DNA of 64,000 nucleotides from Pseudobdellovibrionaceae bacterium (GTDB lineage Bacteria; Bdellovibrionota; Bdellovibrionia; Bdellovibrionales; Bdellovibrionaceae): NCBI GenBank assembly GCA_039810425.1, contig JBDHWW010000011.1, positions 12,223 to 76,222 of the forward strand, read 5' to 3'. Shown piece by piece: positions 19,790 to 28,738 of this stretch (position 1 is its first letter; each line of letters starts with the position of its first letter). The notes under the pieces were generated by a model. It saw only the letters and a program-made list of their open reading frames with translations, ran no database searches and was not told where the DNA came from. The position numbers and the translations under genes were made by a program.

Positions 19790-19900
19790 GACGCCCCCTT
19801 CATGAAAGATTCTATAAGGATAGTATGCTTTAGAGTGGTTGTTTCTCACAAGGCCGGGTTCTTTGGGAAACTGTTCCGGCCTGAGCTTTGGTCCAGGGAC

Positions 19901-20425
19901 TTATTTCAAGTGGGCTTTGAGTTCTTCAGATTCAAACAAAGCTCCGAGTTTTAAGCCCGCTGCTTTGAGTTTTTCTTCTCCACCGCCCCTGTGGATCACA
20001 CAGAGAACATCAGAGACCTTTGCGCCCATCGAACGTAGATCTTCTGTGCTGAGCAGAACTTGGCCCCCGGTGGTCACGACGTCTTCGATGATACAAAGCC
20101 GCAGGCCTTTAATATCGAGTCCTTCGGCAAACTGACAGGTACCATAATCTTTGGCCTTCTTGCGAACAAAGACGCAAGGAATGCCAGTCAGAAGCGACAG
20201 CGCCGTCGCTACGGGAATGCCGCCCATTTCAAGGGCAGCGAGTGCTTGCGTTCCTGGTGGAATCAAATCACGCAGATGCTCGGCGATTTGCTTGAGCAAC
20301 TCAGGACGAGCTTCGAAGCGATACTTGTCGAAGTACTCGTTGGAAGTCGTACCGGATCGGAGTTTAAATTCGCCCGTGAGATGGGCCACTTCATAAATCT
20401 TTTGTGCGAGTTCTTTCTTGTGCAT
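19901..20425 (-). CDS. pyrE: Orotate phosphoribosyltransferase
   Basis: GEFKLRSG, YFDKY, VRKKAKDYGT, IIEDVVTTGG; start overlaps the cutA stop. Confidence 0.95.
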   Translation of the reverse strand: MHKKELAQKIYEVAHLTGEFKLRSGTTSNEYFDKYRFEARPELLKQIAEHLRDLIPPGTQALAALEMGGIPVATALSLLTGIPCVFVRKKAKDYGTCQFAEGLDIKGLRLCIIEDVVTTGGQVLLSTEDLRSMGAKVSDVLCVIHRGGGEEKLKAAGLKLGALFESEELKAHLK

Positions 20426-20745
20426 TAAAAGAGATTCCCTTTGAGCCATCTTACATAGGCTTCGGAACCTTTTTCAATCGGAAGAGTCAGAATACAAGGC
20501 GTGTTAAAGGGATGCAGAGACTCGATGCGGGCGGTAATACGCGCAGAAAGTGCCGTCGTGGATTTCAAAATCAAAACGACTTCTTTGGCAGAGTCGATTT
20601 TTCCCTCCCACCAATACAAAGACTCCATGCCCGGCAAAATATTTGCGCAGGCAATCAAACCATCTTCAAGCAGGGTCCTGGAGATTTTCTTTGCGGTCTC
20701 GGTGTCTGGGCAGGTGACATAGTATAGGCTGATATCGTCGGCCAT
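20425..20745 (-). CDS. cutA: Divalent-cation tolerance protein CutA
   Basis: YVTCPD, LIACANILPGMESLYWWEGKI, HPFNTPCI. Confidence 0.93.
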   Translation of the reverse strand: MADDISLYYVTCPDTETAKKISRTLLEDGLIACANILPGMESLYWWEGKIDSAKEVVLILKSTTALSARITARIESLHPFNTPCILTLPIEKGSEAYVRWLKGNLF

Positions 20746-20753
20746 AGGTCCCC

Positions 20754-21791
20754 TTAGCTGCGGCGGAGTTGCTTCTTGCGGATTTGCCACTGGTCCAACG
20801 CATATTTACGCATGTCTTCGATGTTATCAAACTCATCGACAATCTCAACACCCAGAAGGGTTTCGACCGCGTCCTCAAGAGTCACAAGTCCTGTGGTGAC
20901 ACCGTATTCATCCACGGCAAGTGCCAAGTGCTCTTTTTCTTTAATGAAGAAATCCAAAACCTGAGCCACGGTCAGGCGCTCAGAAACAGACGCAATCGGC
21001 GTCACGAGGTCAGAAACTTGTCGCGTGTGCTGGTCATCAGAAGACGCTTCCAGGATTTTATAACGATGAGTAATACCGATGATGTTATCCAAGCTGTCAC
21101 GATAAACAGGAATACGCGAAAAGCGCAGTGGAACATACTTATTCACAACCTCATCCACGGTGATATCCGCCTCGAGCGCAAAGAACACGGATCGCGGAGT
21201 CATGATGTCAGAAACGTAGATTTTATCGAGCATCAAAAGGTTCTTAATAACGTTGGATTCTTTGGTCTTGAGAGTGCCTTCCTCCGCACCTAGTTCCGCG
21301 GTCATAATCATCTCTTCGCGAGTGACCTCGGGCACGTCAGGCTTTGCGACGAGTTTGCCAACGAATTGTGAAAAGCTCACCAGCGGGTAAAGGACGAAGA
21401 TCATGGCTTGGATCAAGTAAGCCGCAAAAGGTGCGATCACTTTCCAGTAAGAAGCGCCAATACTTTTTGGCAGAACTTCAGACATGATCAAAATCATGAA
21501 CGTCAGAATGAATGAAGACAACGTGACAAAGTCTTCGCCGTAAAGCTGTTGAACCTTGAACGCAATCGCCGAAGATCCGAGGGTGTGGGAAATCGTATTC
21601 AAAGTCAGGATCGCCGAAAGGGGACGATCAAGGTTTTCCTTCAAATGTTGAAGAAGCAAACCGCTGCGTTTTTTGTTTTGCACGGCCACCGCGACATAGG
21701 CGGGTGAAACGGAAAGAATCACGGCTTCCAGGAGTGAACATGTGAATGAAATCAAGAGAGTAACGCAAAATAAGAGAACAATTGTGGTCAT
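20754..21791 (-). CDS. CNNM/CorC-HlyC-like DUF21-CBS membrane protein
   Basis: CSLLEAVILS, AILTLNTI, SEVLPKSIG, FSRIPVY, VDEYGVTTGLVTLEDAVETLLGVEIVDE. Confidence 0.9.
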   Translation of the reverse strand: MTTIVLLFCVTLLISFTCSLLEAVILSVSPAYVAVAVQNKKRSGLLLQHLKENLDRPLSAILTLNTISHTLGSSAIAFKVQQLYGEDFVTLSSFILTFMILIMSEVLPKSIGASYWKVIAPFAAYLIQAMIFVLYPLVSFSQFVGKLVAKPDVPEVTREEMIMTAELGAEEGTLKTKESNVIKNLLMLDKIYVSDIMTPRSVFFALEADITVDEVVNKYVPLRFSRIPVYRDSLDNIIGITHRYKILEASSDDQHTRQVSDLVTPIASVSERLTVAQVLDFFIKEKEHLALAVDEYGVTTGLVTLEDAVETLLGVEIVDEFDNIEDMRKYALDQWQIRKKQLRRS

Positions 21792-21991
21792 AGATTTAGG
21801 TGGTATTATACCACGCGACAGCAAAACTTTGTCCAGTGGTCCTTGACCCTTGACGCGGGACTTAGGTCTGGAGATTAGTAAATAAGCACTCTATATCTGC
21901 GCATAATCAAAAAATGCATGAAAGTTAGGCTTGTTGTTTGTTTTCCAGTACAGAGTGCTCTCTTAAAATGTCCCTTTAGATTTTTTTCGCC

Positions 21992-23359
21992 TTAGTTTTT
22001 GATGTATCTCAGGTACAAGTCATAGACCAGGCCGTATTGACCATCTTTCATCAAAACCACGGACTTATACATTGTGACGTTACCGTGTTTGTCCGCTTCA
22101 CGATAACGCTTATCAAATCTTAAGTCGATGGCCACAACACCTTTTTCTTCCAAAGTATAGAGTTCAGATGGTTGGGCAATGCCGTCGAGATTGTCGTCCT
22201 TCCAAAGACGCAATTGCGTGAACACCTCGTCGTCTTCGCTGATGATTTTATCGTGGCCGTCGTCGTACTTAGCGAGAGCGGCGAACCCCTGAGAAGCGTA
22301 CTTGCCATCCGGGCCGAGGGTCGCATCACCGAACAATTGGTCGATGCCGAGAACGAGGCCGTTTTTATTAGGCAATGCTAAGTAGTAGTTCTCAGTTTGG
22401 GCAGTCGCAAACCAGGCCGTTTGAACTGTCTTGTGATTCACGCGTTTACCGAGTAAGTCAAACATTACGCCATCCTCGGGAGCCGTCAAAGCGATTGACT
22501 GAGGAGTTGAGGTTTTGAGCTGGACCAACAAAGGGTCAATAGAGGCCACTACGACCGGGCAAGAGGGGTCCCCTTCGGTGACGGCTACGAGACTCATGGA
22601 TTGCACTGCCTTTTGTTTGCCCGTGCTATCAACTTTAAAGCTCGAATTCATATCGATGAAGTGCGCCGCAGAATCCTGCAAAGGCGCGATCACGTTTTGG
22701 CCAGCACCCCAGTCGTATTTATATGGAGCCTTCACTTTGCTAGCGTCGTACATCACCACGGCATAAGTGCCCTCCGCTAATGTCTTAGATACTTTTAAAG
22801 ACAAAGGCTTCAAAGAGGCGAGCTGGGCACGGATGTTGGTAACATCCGGCTCTGCATCCCAAGATTGAATCACGGTTGCGCCGCCCGAGGCGAAGTTGTC
22901 GGATTTATAAAGAACCGCAACCACTTTTTTAGATGTTGGCAAAGATGCTTGGCCCGAAGCAGTGATTGGCCCGCAAACCGGATTTGGGGCCACAGTGATA
23001 ACGGTGCCTGGGTCCACAGCAACTGAAGGAGTCTTCGGCATCACAGGGTCATTACCTATACCAGGAAAATGCATGCTTGGATCGTTGCCCACGCCTGGGA
23101 ATTTCGGCATAGAGCTGTCATTGCCCGGATTCGTACCGCCAGCAACAGAGCCGTCCTCGCCCGGAGTATTTACACCGCCAGCGATTTGGCCATCGTCGCC
23201 AGGTGTATTTCCGAAAACGGTGCCGTCATCGAGAGCTTTTTCCTTTGCTACTTCGTCGATGATGAATCTTGCTTTAGTACAGTTTTGGAATCCGAATGTT
23301 ATAATAGTCAAACCAACGATGACTGCTGCGACTGAAGAATTCAGTTTTTGAATTCCCAT
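21992..23359 (-). CDS. Lipoprotein with Pro/Gly repeats and a C-terminal FrpC-like self-processing (Ca-binding) module
   Basis: FQNC lipobox; PGxD repeats; DPLL...LFGD...GFAALAKYD...LRLWKDDNLDGIAQPSELYTLEEKGVVAIDL. Confidence 0.8.
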   Translation of the reverse strand: MGIQKLNSSVAAVIVGLTIITFGFQNCTKARFIIDEVAKEKALDDGTVFGNTPGDDGQIAGGVNTPGEDGSVAGGTNPGNDSSMPKFPGVGNDPSMHFPGIGNDPVMPKTPSVAVDPGTVITVAPNPVCGPITASGQASLPTSKKVVAVLYKSDNFASGGATVIQSWDAEPDVTNIRAQLASLKPLSLKVSKTLAEGTYAVVMYDASKVKAPYKYDWGAGQNVIAPLQDSAAHFIDMNSSFKVDSTGKQKAVQSMSLVAVTEGDPSCPVVVASIDPLLVQLKTSTPQSIALTAPEDGVMFDLLGKRVNHKTVQTAWFATAQTENYYLALPNKNGLVLGIDQLFGDATLGPDGKYASQGFAALAKYDDGHDKIISEDDEVFTQLRLWKDDNLDGIAQPSELYTLEEKGVVAIDLRFDKRYREADKHGNVTMYKSVVLMKDGQYGLVYDLYLRYIKN

Positions 23360-23399
23360 GGTTTCCCCCCGGAAAAAGTTAGCTCCCGGAAAGATTTAA

Positions 23400-23415
23400 T
23401 GCAAACCAGACACCA
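23400..23415 (-). promoter_or_regulatory. Putative sigma-54 promoter for the SPM lipoprotein
   Basis: Minus strand TGGTGTCTGGTTTGCA = GG-N10-GC, 40 nt upstream of the start. Confidence 0.6.
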
Positions 23416-23584
23416 AGTGACAAAAATCGTCTTCGCAACCGTGGTGGTTTTAGGGCTTAAAGACGGTTGGTCAGGGGTATTGGTGTCTACATCTTCATGA
23501 TCAAGTGTACATAGGCACGACACACAACTTGTTGGTGAGGCCTGGGTGGGGATTTCCCCGGGGAGCGTCCCGGTTTGAGAAAAC

Positions 23585-23600
23585 TGGCACTAAATGTGCT
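23585..23600 (+). promoter_or_regulatory. Putative sigma-54 promoter
   Basis: TGGCACTAAATGTGCT = GG-N10-GC, 41 nt upstream of ATG 23642. Confidence 0.65.
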
Positions 23601-23641
23601 AAATTGAGACATATTGAGCTCCGGCTCAAGGAGATTTGCTT

Positions 23642-24100
23642 ATGAAAACTCTATTTAGCCCAATTTTGGCTTTAGGTCTTATTTTCGGCACTTTCACGAC
23701 TGCGAAGGCCGTTCCGGCAGGAGCGCCAAAGGACTTTGATCTGCAAACAAAGTACTCGTGCCAAGCCAATGGTATCATCATTCATAACAAGCACAAGCTA
23801 ATCAGCAATGGACGGACTCTTGATGAGGTGAAGTACGTTGCCGGCGTCGGCAGGAGCCAAGCTCTGACCTTCGGTTCAGAGCGCCAATACATGATTTGGC
23901 CACGGGCTGCGAATGGAACTTTTAACAAGTCATTGAATGTGCTTTCGCGCGATACATCCGGCACCTATAGAATCGTCCAAGAGATCGATATGGGTGATGC
24001 GGCCAAGACGAAAACCGCGGTAAGCCTGACCGTCAAAGATGGTGAGGGTGATGACAGACCGGTTTCTTGTAAAATCGAAATGGCATGGACAAAGAAATAA
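23642..24100 (+). CDS. Secreted hypothetical protein (beta-rich, two Cys)
   Basis: AAGGAG RBS; signal peptide ending AKA. Confidence 0.7.
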   Translation: MKTLFSPILALGLIFGTFTTAKAVPAGAPKDFDLQTKYSCQANGIIIHNKHKLISNGRTLDEVKYVAGVGRSQALTFGSERQYMIWPRAANGTFNKSLNVLSRDTSGTYRIVQEIDMGDAAKTKTAVSLTVKDGEGDDRPVSCKIEMAWTKK

Positions 24101-24134
24101 AAAAGGCCGGTGATGAGCCAGCCTTTTTCTTTTT
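24099..24134. terminator. Bidirectional intrinsic terminator
   Basis: aaaaaggccgg-tgatgag-ccagccttttt between convergent genes. Confidence 0.75.
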
Positions 24135-24152
24135 GTGGATCATCCTTGCAAA

Positions 24153-24806
24153 CTAGTCGTTAGCAGCTTGTTTAGGAACCTTGCTTTCGTCGACAGTGAT
24201 TTCGATTTCCACGCGACGGTTTTTAGACAAAGCATCTTTGGTCTTACCAGCGTCTACTGGATTCTCAGAGCCCATACCGACGAAGCTCACAGTATTACCC
24301 GGAATGCCACCAGCAACCAGGGCATCGCGAACCGCTTTTGCTCTTTTTTCAGAAAGCGGTTTGTTCACTTTGTCGGAACCTGTTGCATCAGTGTAACCTT
24401 TGATCGTCAAAACGTTCTCAGGGTACTTCTTCATAATCGCCGCCAGCTCGTTGATGTTCGTCTTTGCCGCCGCTTTCAAATCAGCTTTGCCGGTATCGAA
24501 CAAGATATCACTTTTCAACTTCGTGATAAGGCCTTGCTCCGTACGCTTTGTCTCGGCGATTTTTTCGAGTTCTTTTTGTTGCTTATCCAAGCGGTGACCA
24601 ATGGCTCCGCCCACGCCGGCCCCCAAAGCCGCGCCGATGAGCGCGCCTTCATTGCGATGGCCGGTTTGGTGGCCGATGACTGCGCCCGCAACCGCGCCGA
24701 CGGCGGCACCAATTCCTGCCTTGTTAACCGTGTTTTTGTTGTCGCCAGAGGCACATGCGGAAAGCACTGCCACCGCCGTTGCCATTAAAATAATTTGCTT
24801 TTTCAT
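24153..24806 (-). CDS. OmpA-family peptidoglycan-binding lipoprotein with a glycine zipper (YiaD-like)
   Basis: LSAC lipobox; GAAVGAVAGA; ILFDTGK, GYTDATGS, NKPLSEKRA, NRRVEI. Confidence 0.92.
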   Translation of the reverse strand: MKKQIILMATAVAVLSACASGDNKNTVNKAGIGAAVGAVAGAVIGHQTGHRNEGALIGAALGAGVGGAIGHRLDKQQKELEKIAETKRTEQGLITKLKSDILFDTGKADLKAAAKTNINELAAIMKKYPENVLTIKGYTDATGSDKVNKPLSEKRAKAVRDALVAGGIPGNTVSFVGMGSENPVDAGKTKDALSKNRRVEIEITVDESKVPKQAAND

Positions 24807-24964
24807 AGTTTAAGCTCCTTTAGGTTCGTTAAATCGAATGGATTTATTATGAAAGTTTTTTGCCCAAAAGATCCAGTCAGGATTCGCCGCGTCTTAATCG
24901 TGAATGTAGACAAAAGTATTAAAAATGGCTCAAATGGGGGCCTTTTAAAACCGAGGGCCAATAT

Positions 24965-26161
24965 ATGAGAGACATGTTCGGGGACGACGATTCACAGAAT
25001 AAGAAAAATGATTTCGCGGCGATGTTCGAGGAGTCTGTTCAGGGATACACAAAATCCTATGGTAAGGGCGATAAAGTGACGGCAGAAGTCGTGACTCTAG
25101 GTAAGGAAGAAGTGTTCGTGAATGTCAGCGGTCGAGACGGCATGGTTTCTAAGACTGAACTTCTTGATGCCAATGGCCAGTTGAAAGTGCAAGTCGGTGA
25201 TCAAGTCACTCTTTATGTCGTAAAATCTCAGGAAGGTCTTTTGGTTCTTTCTGCGAAGGCGTCCGGTAAAGCATTGGCTGATGATCTTGAAGATGCTTTT
25301 GACTTCGAAACACCGGTTGAAGGCCGTGTGGTTGAGGTCGTTAACGGAGGCTTTCGGGTGAACATCATGGGTAAACTGGCTTTTTGTCCTATCAGTCAGA
25401 TGGACACAAAGATGATTACTGAGTCTGAAAGCTACATCGATAAAAAATTCGACTTCATGATCACGAAATTTGAAAAAGGCGGCCGCAATATCGTGGTGTC
25501 TCGCCGTCGTATGATGGATATGGAAAAACTTGAAAACCAAGGTGCGTTCATGGATCAACACCAAGCTGGTGAAATCATGAATGGCCGAGTGACTCGTATC
25601 GAAGCCTATGGCGCTTTCGTCGAGATTGCTTCAGGCATTGACGGTTTGGTTCATATTTCTGAAATCAGCTGGTCTCGTTTGGCTCATCCTTCTGAAGCGT
25701 TGGAGCTTGGCCAAGAGATCTCTGTGAAGGTTTTGAAAATCGAAGAAGACGCCAATGGCCGTTTGAAGATTTCATTGTCTCGTAAGCAAGCGGAGGAGGA
25801 CCCTTGGATGCTCGCATACAAAGATTTCCCAGTGGGCAGCGTACACACAGGTAAGATCCGTAGCAAAGAGCGCTTTGGTTTCTTGATGGAGTTAAAACCA
25901 GGTATCGTGGGTCTTTTGCCAAAGAGTGCTTTCCGCGAAGTGGCGGATGAGCGTGAGATGGAAAAGAAAAATCCAGGTGAAACTTTGAAAGTGCAAATTC
26001 AGAACGTGAACACAGCTGAAAAGAAGATCTCTTTGTCTTTCCCGAAAGAACAAGAAGACACTTCTTGGCAGGGTTTCACTTCTAACAGCGCAAGTGGCGG
26101 CGGCAAAGGCCTCGGCACTTTGGCGGATCAGTTCAAGAATTTGAACCTCAACAAAAAGTAA
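24965..26161 (+). CDS. Ribosomal protein S1-like multi-S1-domain RNA-binding protein
   Basis: Four S1 repeats (AFCPISQMD, YGAFVEIASGIDGLVHISEISW); C-terminal LGTLADQF. Confidence 0.85.
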   Translation: MRDMFGDDDSQNKKNDFAAMFEESVQGYTKSYGKGDKVTAEVVTLGKEEVFVNVSGRDGMVSKTELLDANGQLKVQVGDQVTLYVVKSQEGLLVLSAKASGKALADDLEDAFDFETPVEGRVVEVVNGGFRVNIMGKLAFCPISQMDTKMITESESYIDKKFDFMITKFEKGGRNIVVSRRRMMDMEKLENQGAFMDQHQAGEIMNGRVTRIEAYGAFVEIASGIDGLVHISEISWSRLAHPSEALELGQEISVKVLKIEEDANGRLKISLSRKQAEEDPWMLAYKDFPVGSVHTGKIRSKERFGFLMELKPGIVGLLPKSAFREVADEREMEKKNPGETLKVQIQNVNTAEKKISLSFPKEQEDTSWQGFTSNSASGGGKGLGTLADQFKNLNLNKK

Positions 26162-26170
26162 GAGCACATC

Positions 26171-26566
26171 ATGATCTTGAGCTTGTTGATTTCGATGAAT
26201 GCGATGGCTTGTATGGGGACGGAGTTAGCACCGCTGGTGTTGACGCCGACCAAGAATTACACGCTGGAAGTCGATAAGTCTCAGGAGATCATTCTCGATG
26301 GCGGCACTCAGCTGCCAAAGATCACGTCGATTAAAGGCACCGGCCCTAAAGGCAAACCGATGCTGACAGTGATGTCAGGATTGCAAGTCCTCGAAAAGGG
26401 CCAGATGAAGAGCTATCCTCATCGTATCTCGGTAAAAATGAACGAGATGGAAAAAGATTGGGAAAAGCCCGTCGAAATCGCCCTTGAAAATCAAGGCAAG
26501 CCCTATACGGTTTCTGTAAAATGGGTGCAGGCTAAGGGCGGCTGTTTCAAGCCCGTCACGAAGTGA
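26171..26566 (+). CDS. Secreted hypothetical protein
   Basis: Short signal peptide; N- and C-terminal Cys. Confidence 0.6.
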   Translation: MILSLLISMNAMACMGTELAPLVLTPTKNYTLEVDKSQEIILDGGTQLPKITSIKGTGPKGKPMLTVMSGLQVLEKGQMKSYPHRISVKMNEMEKDWEKPVEIALENQGKPYTVSVKWVQAKGGCFKPVTK

Positions 26567-26579
26567 GTCTCGTACTCTT

Positions 26580-26595
26580 TGGCCCCCGCACTGCT
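26580..26595 (+). promoter_or_regulatory. Putative sigma-54 promoter
   Basis: TGGCCCCCGCACTGCT = GG-N10-GC, 41 nt upstream of ATG 26637. Confidence 0.55.
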
Positions 26596-26636
26596 ATAAC
26601 CTGGTTCTGATTATCTAAAGGATTGAGGGGAATTTC

Positions 26637-27029
26637 ATGAGTAGAATCTTGTCTATTTTGTTGGCGGGGTCTGTTGTTTTTACATCCGTCGCATGCCAGA
26701 AGTCCAAGGAAGCGCCCACGGGCAACGATACAGTTCGTCCACTCTATCTTGGCGATCTCGATAAGAAATTGAATGAGATTTACGGCAAGGACAACGAAGA
26801 GATGATGGATGTTTGTGATAAGCAATGGCGTCCAAAGATCTTAGAAATTGCCCGTGTCCTTGAGGAAAAGCGCCAGGATATTGAAGCGCTCTCGCAGAAA
26901 AACAATGCAGAGAAAAATATTGTCGGCGTTGATTTTGGCTCATTTAAATTCATTGATGATATGGGTAAACCAACAGGAGCAGATGAGTGGACGCATATTC
27001 AGATTCGATATTCCAAGCAGGGGGTGTAG
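26637..27029 (+). CDS. Hypothetical lipoprotein
   Basis: GAGGGG RBS; SVAC lipobox. Confidence 0.7.
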   Translation: MSRILSILLAGSVVFTSVACQKSKEAPTGNDTVRPLYLGDLDKKLNEIYGKDNEEMMDVCDKQWRPKILEIARVLEEKRQDIEALSQKNNAEKNIVGVDFGSFKFIDDMGKPTGADEWTHIQIRYSKQGV

Positions 27030-27097
27030 TCATTGGACCTCCGTGAGAGAGCTATCTATGTAGATTCGTTCAGGAGGTCCTGCAAGTCACGGAGTCT

Positions 27098-28738
27098 TTA
27101 CTTTATTGTCCATACTTGCTCGCTGACCTGACCTTCGCGCACCGTCAAAGGCCCTTGGGTCGTGCGTTTGCGGCGGTAGGTAAGGCGGATTTTCTGGAGC
27201 CCTTCACTCATGCGGTCATAGCTGTAATTGAGCCATTCTTGCTGGTTTAATTTACCTAATCCAGCGTCATGAAAGGCCTCTGAGCGGTCAGACGATGGAT
27301 TCATAAATAAGAAACCACGAAGGTCGACAAAATAAACTTGGCCATTGTTTGCGGGTACTTCAATGACCGCCATAAATTTATCTTCACAAGTATTCTGATT
27401 TTTGCAGTACGCTGCTTTTGAGTTGAGTAAGAAGCTGAGTTGCGCACCATCACTCGTGCGAGTTTCCACTTGGACAAAGCCTTTCGGGAATGTCAGCTTG
27501 CCCGCACTGTCATCACTGATCAATTCGGCCGGAGCGCCTTTTCGGCCAAAGCGACCGTAGAAGAAGTTCAGAAGATTGTCTTTATCGGCTGGGTCAGGGG
27601 AAAGCCCCATCTGGAATCTTTTGATCGGAAGGTAGTGTTCCATATCAAACCAAAGAGGAGCAGACATGAGATATCCGGTAGGGTGTCTCATCATCAGAAC
27701 CCAATAAGATCTTGGTTCGCCGTTTTCAACGGGTACGGCACTGATTTTTGAAAGAACGTCGCGCGGATTTTCTTCTTGGAGATCGCCAATTTCGCCACCA
27801 TCCATAGAGATTCCATTGCCTGACGAGCCAGAAACCGCTGCAGACTCATATAAGTAACCGTCACTAATGCGGAAGATGAGGCTTCCAGAAACATTCCAAG
27901 TAGCGTCCACTTTGCCATTCGTGCGTCGACCACTTTGATAATCTTTAATAGCATCGACAATCGTTGCCGTTGGGATGAAAGAGGATCTCGCAAAGAAACG
28001 ATCGCGGCGAATAGTGAGACCGCGCAAGAAATATTTGTCAGCATCTCTATGAGCAATCATCTCGCGGACATCGAAAGGTAGAGCCGTTTCACTCCATTCG
28101 TTCTTATTTGGAATTTTCACAACGAGCGGGGAGCCACTCGAGCCTGGCTGCATCAGTGTTGTTGCTTGCAACAACGTACACATCAAATCGCAATTGATTT
28201 TGTTAAGGCTCTGTTTACCGTAAATATTATCAGCATCAAGATTTGGATCTTTCACCCAGTCATTCAAAAGAACAAAGCTGAAAACGTCGACCCAGCGTGC
28301 GCGACCAATTTCTTGCCCCTGCCACTCGATAACCCCGCGTGAATCCATCGCAAAAGGAATCGCGTGATTCACGCCCGTAACTTCCATCACTTCGACGTCA
28401 TGTTCGTCGACGTAGTAACGTCCTTTGATAGTTAAATCCTGGCCTTGGTGATGGATAACTGTTCTATCGCCTTGGCTCACGTGAGATGCCGTCACGACGA
28501 AAACCTGTTGGCCCGCTTGAACTAAGAATCCACTGCCTTTAACCGGAACTTCCTTGCCGTTGTTGGCGAGGTCTTTGTACACAGACTCAATTGTGACAAG
28601 GCTGTCATTGGCCGCTGCAGGTTTTTCTGAACGATGGTGAACAACCGGGACATTGAGGGGAGCCGCAGCAGGAGAACTGCCGGAGTTTGCCGCGCAGGCC
28701 AGGAGCAAAACACAAGAGAGCATAGAAAGCTTTTTCAT
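27098..28738 (-). CDS. Trypsin-like (S1) serine protease lipoprotein with an unknown C-terminal region
   Basis: LLAC lipobox; GSGF, VTASHV (His), HDV (Asp), PGSSGSP (Ser). Confidence 0.8.
   Translation of the reverse strand: MKKLSMLSCVLLLACAANSGSSPAAAPLNVPVVHHRSEKPAAANDSLVTIESVYKDLANNGKEVPVKGSGFLVQAGQQVFVVTASHVSQGDRTVIHHQGQDLTIKGRYYVDEHDVEVMEVTGVNHAIPFAMDSRGVIEWQGQEIGRARWVDVFSFVLLNDWVKDPNLDADNIYGKQSLNKINCDLMCTLLQATTLMQPGSSGSPLVVKIPNKNEWSETALPFDVREMIAHRDADKYFLRGLTIRRDRFFARSSFIPTATIVDAIKDYQSGRRTNGKVDATWNVSGSLIFRISDGYLYESAAVSGSSGNGISMDGGEIGDLQEENPRDVLSKISAVPVENGEPRSYWVLMMRHPTGYLMSAPLWFDMEHYLPIKRFQMGLSPDPADKDNLLNFFYGRFGRKGAPAELISDDSAGKLTFPKGFVQVETRTSDGAQLSFLLNSKAAYCKNQNTCEDKFMAVIEVPANNGQVYFVDLRGFLFMNPSSDRSEAFHDAGLGKLNQQEWLNYSYDRMSEGLQKIRLTYRRKRTTQGPLTVREGQVSEQVWTIK

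Noticed and set aside
20754..21791. Hemolysin label for the DUF21-CBS protein
   Set aside because: Family is better supported as CNNM/CorB Mg2+ transport; no toxin evidence
21992..23359. Calling this protein an RTX toxin or hemolysin
   Set aside because: No GGxGxDxL nonapeptide repeats, it has a lipoprotein signal, and no T1SS is adjacent
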